A DNA stretch of 32,000 nt from Bacteroidota bacterium (GTDB lineage: Bacteria; Bacteroidota; Ignavibacteria; Ignavibacteriales; Melioribacteraceae): the NCBI GenBank assembly GCA_023447335.1, contig JAEXOD010000241.1, positions 6,157 through 38,156 of the forward strand, read 5' to 3'. The translations under genes were made by a program, and so were the position numbers. Below, one piece after another: positions 27,601-32,000 of this stretch. The notes under the pieces were generated by a model, which saw only the letters and a program-made list of their open reading frames with translations, did not search any database and was not told the origin of the DNA. Within the stretch, counting starts at the first letter, position 1. The number at the start of each line of letters is the position of its first letter.

Positions 27601-28095
27601 GGTTAATTTATGGTTTTTGCAAAAATTTAATACAAGCAAAGCAAAAGCGGATTCTTCGTTATTATCCGCCAAATAACGGTTAAACAAATTGTCTAGCCTA
27701 TTATTGTTAAAGTTTTCTTGCTTTAATCTTGCGTTATGTAGTAATGCGGGTTCATCCAATTCGGAAGAAACATATCCCAAAACCGGATTAATGTAATTGT
27801 TTTTTTCAAGTATTTTTAATGAAATAAATCTGTTAAACCATGTAAAGGCGGCTTGCTCAATAATATCCTCAACCGTATGCAATTTAAGAGCTTTTTTAAG
27901 AGCATCATATTTTTTTGGTACGGAAGCATCGTCAAAAACTTTATCTCTAAAAGTATATCCGCCCGAAATTGCTTCCAAAGTAAAACTTGTATCTCCGTTT
28001 TTACCAAAGCCCCAGTAGTTCATTCTTTGATTAACACCGTTCAATAAAATTATACGAGCATTTTTTGCAAACGATTTAAGTTTATTGGTATTCAT
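24607..28095 (-). CDS. pglX: BREX N6-adenine DNA methyltransferase PglX
   Basis: 1162 aa. SAM motif I LMDPACGSGHIL and motif IV VVANPPYMG (NPPY). Confidence 0.92.
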   Translation of the reverse strand: MNTNKLKSFAKNARIILLNGVNQRMNYWGFGKNGDTSFTLEAISGGYTFRDKVFDDASVPKKYDALKKALKLHTVEDIIEQAAFTWFNRFISLKILEKNNYINPVLGYVSSELDEPALLHNARLKQENFNNNRLDNLFNRYLADNNEESAFALLVLNFCKNHKLTNKIFGHINDYTELLLPDNLLSSNGIINLINTNDAISDEDYKEVELIGWLYQFYISDKKDQIFKNFSSNIKARAEDIPAATQIFTPKWIVKYMTENSTGNVWLDYKPESTLKSELKYYVETERRDPLINDIIRLTLMDPACGSGHILVEGFDLLLKMYVEEGYTAKNAVTSIIKNNLFGLDIDDRASQLANFAVLLKAGKYNQSLLENPIDTNILAFPEHYNFDDSEIETFIKPDNTDITIEELNKHKASISNALTLLNKGKNLGSVIKTNLPKNTFELVKSRYNYFEEQFNEDLLPVDKKSIWIELKPFIKVLIMLNNKYLSVVANPPYMGAKNMNEELKAYVNKNYPIAKSDLFSVFIERMIELTRVNARMSCITMESWMFLTSFEKLRTHIIDNYNIVSLTHFGWHIIGIAFGTAILVLDKNNDFRKGEYSYLEIKDINPETNTPYIFPIKNNGRFANILQSNFSKIPGSPIAYWVSEKFLSPYDNKKTINDFFFSGGRNKTHNNNKFVRYFWECNLKDIGFNNNWIFYENGGASLKWYGNSLFIVNWTNEARGYYALHGGLLNNKFWDVLGIVWNLVSSGNTYFRLKDKGKIFSSAAPTIITIEEQKNIYTALAFLNSKYVTELLKCFNTTVNTTVGDILKLPFSVELSYKNIIEELVFANIKCAKKSWDINEYSVDYRINEILLLKDSNLLKAAYFVFIEEMKKLFFELHKNEEELNRIFIEIYGLQDELTPEVPLKEITILQDINYINENNELVFKKDEIIKQFLSYAIGCMMGRYSLYKEGLILANSGDTLEEYNKTVYEKTEKDPNHFMPDEDGIVPLMGSGYNFSDDITVRMRNFLEASFGQDTITENINFINECLGMDMDKFLTEKFWQYHYKMYQKKPIYWVFASSNGSFKVLVYMHRMNKYTIQKIRNNYLLRHLSFLRNNIEQLSKKTRTPAEDKLLDKLRNEELECKDYDMLVKDKADKQIDFDLDDGVTANYQKFEGIVVPIK

Positions 28096-28123
28096 ATATA
28101 ATGCCTAACCCTTACGCTATAAG

Positions 28124-31100
28124 TTAATTAATTATTACAATTTTATTATTGTTAAGTTTGGTTTCTATTTGATTTTTAAGTTTTGCCAAAAAATCTTCAA
28201 GGTCTTCTTTGTTTTTTATTACACAGTTAAGGTTTCTAATAACCTCTGTTTCTTTGTCTTTATTTTCTACTTTTAATTTTTTATCAATAACATATTTTAC
28301 GGCTTCAAGTTTAAAATTATTTGCATTTGCTTTGTACAACTCTATCCTATCAATCGATTGTTCTGTTTCGATTTCATCGGACAAATTGTATTTTTGCAGC
28401 TCTTCGTTAAGCGTCATTCCGTTTTCAACAGCCGTTTTTTTAACATCCTCAAATATTTTATTATAAACTTCCAGTGTTTCCTGTTTAATCTCTTTCGTTT
28501 TTTCTTTAATAACATTTGTAATTTCGGTATTCATTTTCATAATTAAGTGGAAATTTTCGCCCGGATTAACTTCGTTATTTAAGTAGTTTTCAATTTGTTC
28601 AGCCTTTTTACGACTGTTTTCATCCAAGTTATTAAGGTTAACCGATAATTTTTCAAAAGTTTTTTTAATATCTTCATATCTTTTAAAATGAGTATCGATA
28701 AAACTTTCATTTTCTTTGCAGCTATCCAATAGTGTTTTTAATGTATTTTGCTCAGCTTGTAAGTGGTCAAAAAAGGCTTTTGGATCGCGCATGGCAATAA
28801 TATTTCTTAATTTTTCAGAAACATCGGAGAATATCTTTGCAAACGGATAACTTATATAATTTTCTTTTAAGCTTTCATATTTTTGTAAATAGTGCTTACA
28901 CTTTTCTTTAATTTGATGAATAACAATATTAAAATCTTCGTTAAACGGAATACTTTCATTAAAGATATTTTTAAAATTATCAATAGCTCCGGTAATAACC
29001 GAAATATCAAAATTCTCTTGTTTAATAACATTAATAGCTTGCCTTTCGTTGGTTCTGGATGCTTTATCTATAAATGTTTTCAGATCAATTTGATCGCTTC
29101 TATATTCAAATTTTCTTTTATTCTTTTTTACAAGCCTAATTAAAATATCAAGAATAGCCCAATCGCGCCATCCGTAAGGAGGTTTTTCATATTGTTTAAT
29201 AACATCGGCTAAACATATTGAATCGCCTTGCCTTAAAAGCATAGATTCAACAAGGTTTTCGGCTGTGGATAGTGTTTTATCGGTTATATCTCTAGACGAA
29301 TTTGTTTTTAACATATCCTGCGAAAATGCATAACTATCTGCGATACTAATTTTATTATAAACTTCCGAAAGATGATATTCAACTGCATTTTTATATATGC
29401 TTTCAGGTGATTGTACGGTAAAATCGGCAAGAGAACCGATTTTTCCGGTTGAAATAAAAGGAGTTTTAAAAAAATTATTTCTAAAAGCATTTTGAATATC
29501 TTTAATTCTCTGGTTATTTAATAAAGCGAACTTATCTATAGCAATTTTTCTGCTTCCCGTAGAGGAATCGGCACTTAGTAAAACGAATTTTTTATTTTTT
29601 ATGTAAATTTCAAAATCGTTACGCATTTTTTTATCTTTCATAAACCAATCGTTTATACAAAAGATAAGATCGTTTCTGTTTGAGCCGATTAATTTTTCCT
29701 GCGGAGGGGCAGTATCAAAAATCGAAATTATTATTTTTATATCCCCATTTTGTAATATGTTTTTTTCGTCAATACTTAAAGAAACTGTAAAAACACTTTT
29801 TCCGTATGGATAACGACTATTAATACTAATAACAGATTGAAGCAAATCTCTATAAAAATAATCTAATCTATCTTCGCTTGTTACAACAGTATTTTCTATT
29901 TGACGTGCAACATCAATTTCCTCTTCTTTGTAAAATTGATAATAATCATTTTCCTTAAAAATAATGGTATTTTCAATTAAAATATTTAGAATTGATTCAA
30001 TCTTTTTTTGTAAATCAAGCCTGTTAATAGCCGGTGTGTTAATTAAAAGCAGAATAAGATTATCCAAAGTTGCAGGGAAAGACTTCTTTTTAGAATCCAA
30101 AATATTGGAAATCATAAACAATGTATGAATAACACTTTTGGCAAAAGGATCGTTTTTAATTGTAGATATACTTTTTGCCCGGTCTAAAATTCTTTGTGCA
30201 ATATGAGTTAAATTACTTATCATTAAGTCGTTAAAAAAGGAATTAAATGTAACAAACTCCCCTACTTCCTTATCTTTCATAAGTTTAACTGTATGGTGTA
30301 TAATACGGAGTAATGAGCGTTCATTATCTTTAACTTCTTTTATTACATAACCCAAAAAGGCAAAACTTTCAAAAACATCTGCAATTAGCTTAAACTGATA
30401 AGGGATTAAAGGATAAGAATTGATAAAACTATCCTTAGAATCAAAGCCACTATAAATATCGTGTTTCAAGATGAATTGATTTTCGATATCCATTTTATAT
30501 TTATTGTAATAATCCGATAAATAGGCTATTCCGTTACTATTTTTATCCAAAATACGTTTTTGGGTAATGTAGGTTGAATCTTGACTTTCAAGAGAAATAC
30601 GAGTTTCAAAACGTCCTAAAATCTTTCCGAAATCTTCGTTTCTGTTTTGGTTATTATTAAGAAAATCATTTAATGTTTGCTGTGCGGTTGTAGTAATCCA
30701 AATTTTACCTCCGCATTTGGCACCTATTTCTTCAACAATAGTTTGAAGATTTAACAATAAACTTGAATCAGAACCAATATATTGACTGATTTCATCAATT
30801 AAAAAAACAAGTCTGTAATCACGTGGTTTTGTATTTAAGAAATCGACCAGTTCGGGTATTAAATGATCGGCAATGGTAATATCGTCCGGATTTTTAATTT
30901 TATTACTTAAGGAAGCAATATCAACCGAAGGGTCAAGTTCTTCAACAATTTCCAGTACGCTTTTTAATTTTAACCAAATTGCCGTGGTCGCTTTTTCGCT
31001 CCAATCTATGTTAAGTCGCTCATTAATAAGTTTAATAAACTCTTCCAGTTTGTTTATTTTATCCAAATGCTTTTCAACCATTAAAGCAAACGGAATATTT

Positions 31101-31597
31101 GTGGCATTATACCCTCTAAATTTGTTAAACTGATTAAAGATGATTTTAGTTATTTTGTGTTTATTGGTATCCTGACCGCCTACGCTATCAATATTAAAAA
31201 TTATCGTATCTATTTCGGTCTTTTTAATTTTATTATTTAATAAAGTAATGTTGGAAGCGGTACAATCGCCTAAATCATCGGAATCGTTGTTGTGCTTTAC
31301 GGCATCCAAATAGCGGTTAAAAGCCATTTCGGAATACTTTTTGTTTAGACAATAGAAAACATATTTAATAAAATGCGATTTACCGGAGCCGTAGAATCCG
31401 CTTACCCAAATACCTGTCTTATCCGTTTTAGAGTTAAATAACCCGTCTAAAAATTTGTATAAATTGTTAATGGTTGAATTTGTAAATACATATTCTTCTA
31501 TTTCGGTATTAATAGTTGCTTCGTCAAGCTTATCGACCACAACGGCAGGATTAATATTCCTTTCAATATCTCTAAAAAACAGATCTTTAATATTCAT
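28124..31597 (-). CDS. brxC: BREX P-loop ATPase BrxC
   Basis: About 1157 aa, with N-terminal Walker A GFYGSGKSHFIKY, directly upstream of pglX. The track start is TTG at 31609; I prefer the ATG at 31597 (MNIKDLFF...). Confidence 0.88.
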   Translation of the reverse strand: MNIKDLFFRDIERNINPAVVVDKLDEATINTEIEEYVFTNSTINNLYKFLDGLFNSKTDKTGIWVSGFYGSGKSHFIKYVFYCLNKKYSEMAFNRYLDAVKHNNDSDDLGDCTASNITLLNNKIKKTEIDTIIFNIDSVGGQDTNKHKITKIIFNQFNKFRGYNATNIPFALMVEKHLDKINKLEEFIKLINERLNIDWSEKATTAIWLKLKSVLEIVEELDPSVDIASLSNKIKNPDDITIADHLIPELVDFLNTKPRDYRLVFLIDEISQYIGSDSSLLLNLQTIVEEIGAKCGGKIWITTTAQQTLNDFLNNNQNRNEDFGKILGRFETRISLESQDSTYITQKRILDKNSNGIAYLSDYYNKYKMDIENQFILKHDIYSGFDSKDSFINSYPLIPYQFKLIADVFESFAFLGYVIKEVKDNERSLLRIIHHTVKLMKDKEVGEFVTFNSFFNDLMISNLTHIAQRILDRAKSISTIKNDPFAKSVIHTLFMISNILDSKKKSFPATLDNLILLLINTPAINRLDLQKKIESILNILIENTIIFKENDYYQFYKEEEIDVARQIENTVVTSEDRLDYFYRDLLQSVISINSRYPYGKSVFTVSLSIDEKNILQNGDIKIIISIFDTAPPQEKLIGSNRNDLIFCINDWFMKDKKMRNDFEIYIKNKKFVLLSADSSTGSRKIAIDKFALLNNQRIKDIQNAFRNNFFKTPFISTGKIGSLADFTVQSPESIYKNAVEYHLSEVYNKISIADSYAFSQDMLKTNSSRDITDKTLSTAENLVESMLLRQGDSICLADVIKQYEKPPYGWRDWAILDILIRLVKKNKRKFEYRSDQIDLKTFIDKASRTNERQAINVIKQENFDISVITGAIDNFKNIFNESIPFNEDFNIVIHQIKEKCKHYLQKYESLKENYISYPFAKIFSDVSEKLRNIIAMRDPKAFFDHLQAEQNTLKTLLDSCKENESFIDTHFKRYEDIKKTFEKLSVNLNNLDENSRKKAEQIENYLNNEVNPGENFHLIMKMNTEITNVIKEKTKEIKQETLEVYNKIFEDVKKTAVENGMTLNEELQKYNLSDEIETEQSIDRIELYKANANNFKLEAVKYVIDKKLKVENKDKETEVIRNLNCVIKNKEDLEDFLAKLKNQIETKLNNNKIVIIN

Positions 31598-31605
31598 AAA
31601 AGCTC

Positions 31606-32000
31606 TCAATTATTATTTAATAAAATTGCCCGATAAAAATCTTCGTTATTTAATTCGTTAAAAAGATAATAATGATTATTTTCAAATTTCCCGGGGTAAA
31701 AAGAAATAATTTTATAGTTACCGGCATTAATATATTTTTCGTAAAGTTTAACAAATTCGCTTAAACGCAAAAACGGAAAAATTGAACCAAAACCGTGAAT
31801 AAAAATATATACCTTTTTATACTCGTTTTGTAAGTTAAAACTATTCATTATTTTTTTATTTAAGAAATCAAAGAAATCAGATCCGAATGCACAATCCCGA
31901 GTCGGTTCATAAATAGAATCCGTGCCTTCAATTTTTTCCTGTTCAATAAGTAAATCAAATAAACTGTCATTACCCAAAAATCGAGACTTCAGAAAGTCAA
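31606..32000 (-). CDS. brxB: BREX protein BrxB (DUF1788-like), 3' part; frame stays open to the right window edge
   Basis: Lies immediately upstream of brxC. ..VYIFIHGFGSIFPFLRLSEFVKLY.. is DUF1788-like. The codons upstream of the track Met (..DFLKSRF) contain no stop, so the true start is outside the window. Confidence 0.7.
   Translation of the reverse strand, partial: DFLKSRFLGNDSLFDLLIEQEKIEGTDSIYEPTRDCAFGSDFFDFLNKKIMNSFNLQNEYKKVYIFIHGFGSIFPFLRLSEFVKLYEKYINAGNYKIISFYPGKFENNHYYLFNELNNEDFYRAILLNNN

Noticed and set aside
31598-31609. TTG start (MRAFM...) given for brxC in the track
   Set aside because: The ATG at 31597 (MNIKDLFF...) is 4 codons downstream and is the more conventional start. 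The TTG overlaps the brxB stop. The difference is trivial and unresolved without homolog alignment.

Overview
AT-rich DNA (by eye about one-third GC) with few Shine-Dalgarno sites, Bacteroidota-like; the whole window is an accessory / defence-island mosaic. Left part (1-6.5 kb): a partial PF09820-type AAA-ATPase-like gene missing from the ORF track because it runs off the left edge, small TPR-like and lipoprotein-like ORFs, a SAM methyltransferase, a class II Fic protein, and a complete AbiEi/AbiEii type IV toxin-antitoxin pair. Middle (6.8-18 kb): a tyrosine integrase and an AlbA_2/Schlafen-like DNA-binding protein. Next comes a 5'-truncated AAA+ gene in an operon with a Cas4-like PD-(D/E)XK nuclease gene, which I conclude is split by a 261-nt ORF-less group I intron. 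An orphan AbiEi-like regulator follows. Then there is a P4/PICI-like replication module: an iteron-flanked AT-rich ori candidate, an AEP PrimPol-helicase, an AlpA/Xis-like HTH protein and a rolling-circle-type Rep. Right 14 kb (18.1-32 kb, minus strand): a type 1 BREX operon, brxB(partial)-brxC-pglX-[DUF262/DUF1524 GmrSD/BrxU-like gene]-pglZ-brxL. A 78-nt relic of a second pglX 3' end sits directly upstream of pglZ, indicating the GmrSD-like gene arrived by cassette recombination. No rRNA, tRNA or CRISPR array was seen. I do not see a convincing, wholly new multi-gene system. The most unusual items are the intron, the BREX recombination scar and the repeat architectures around the replication module. 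All family calls rest on motif recognition by eye, not on searches.
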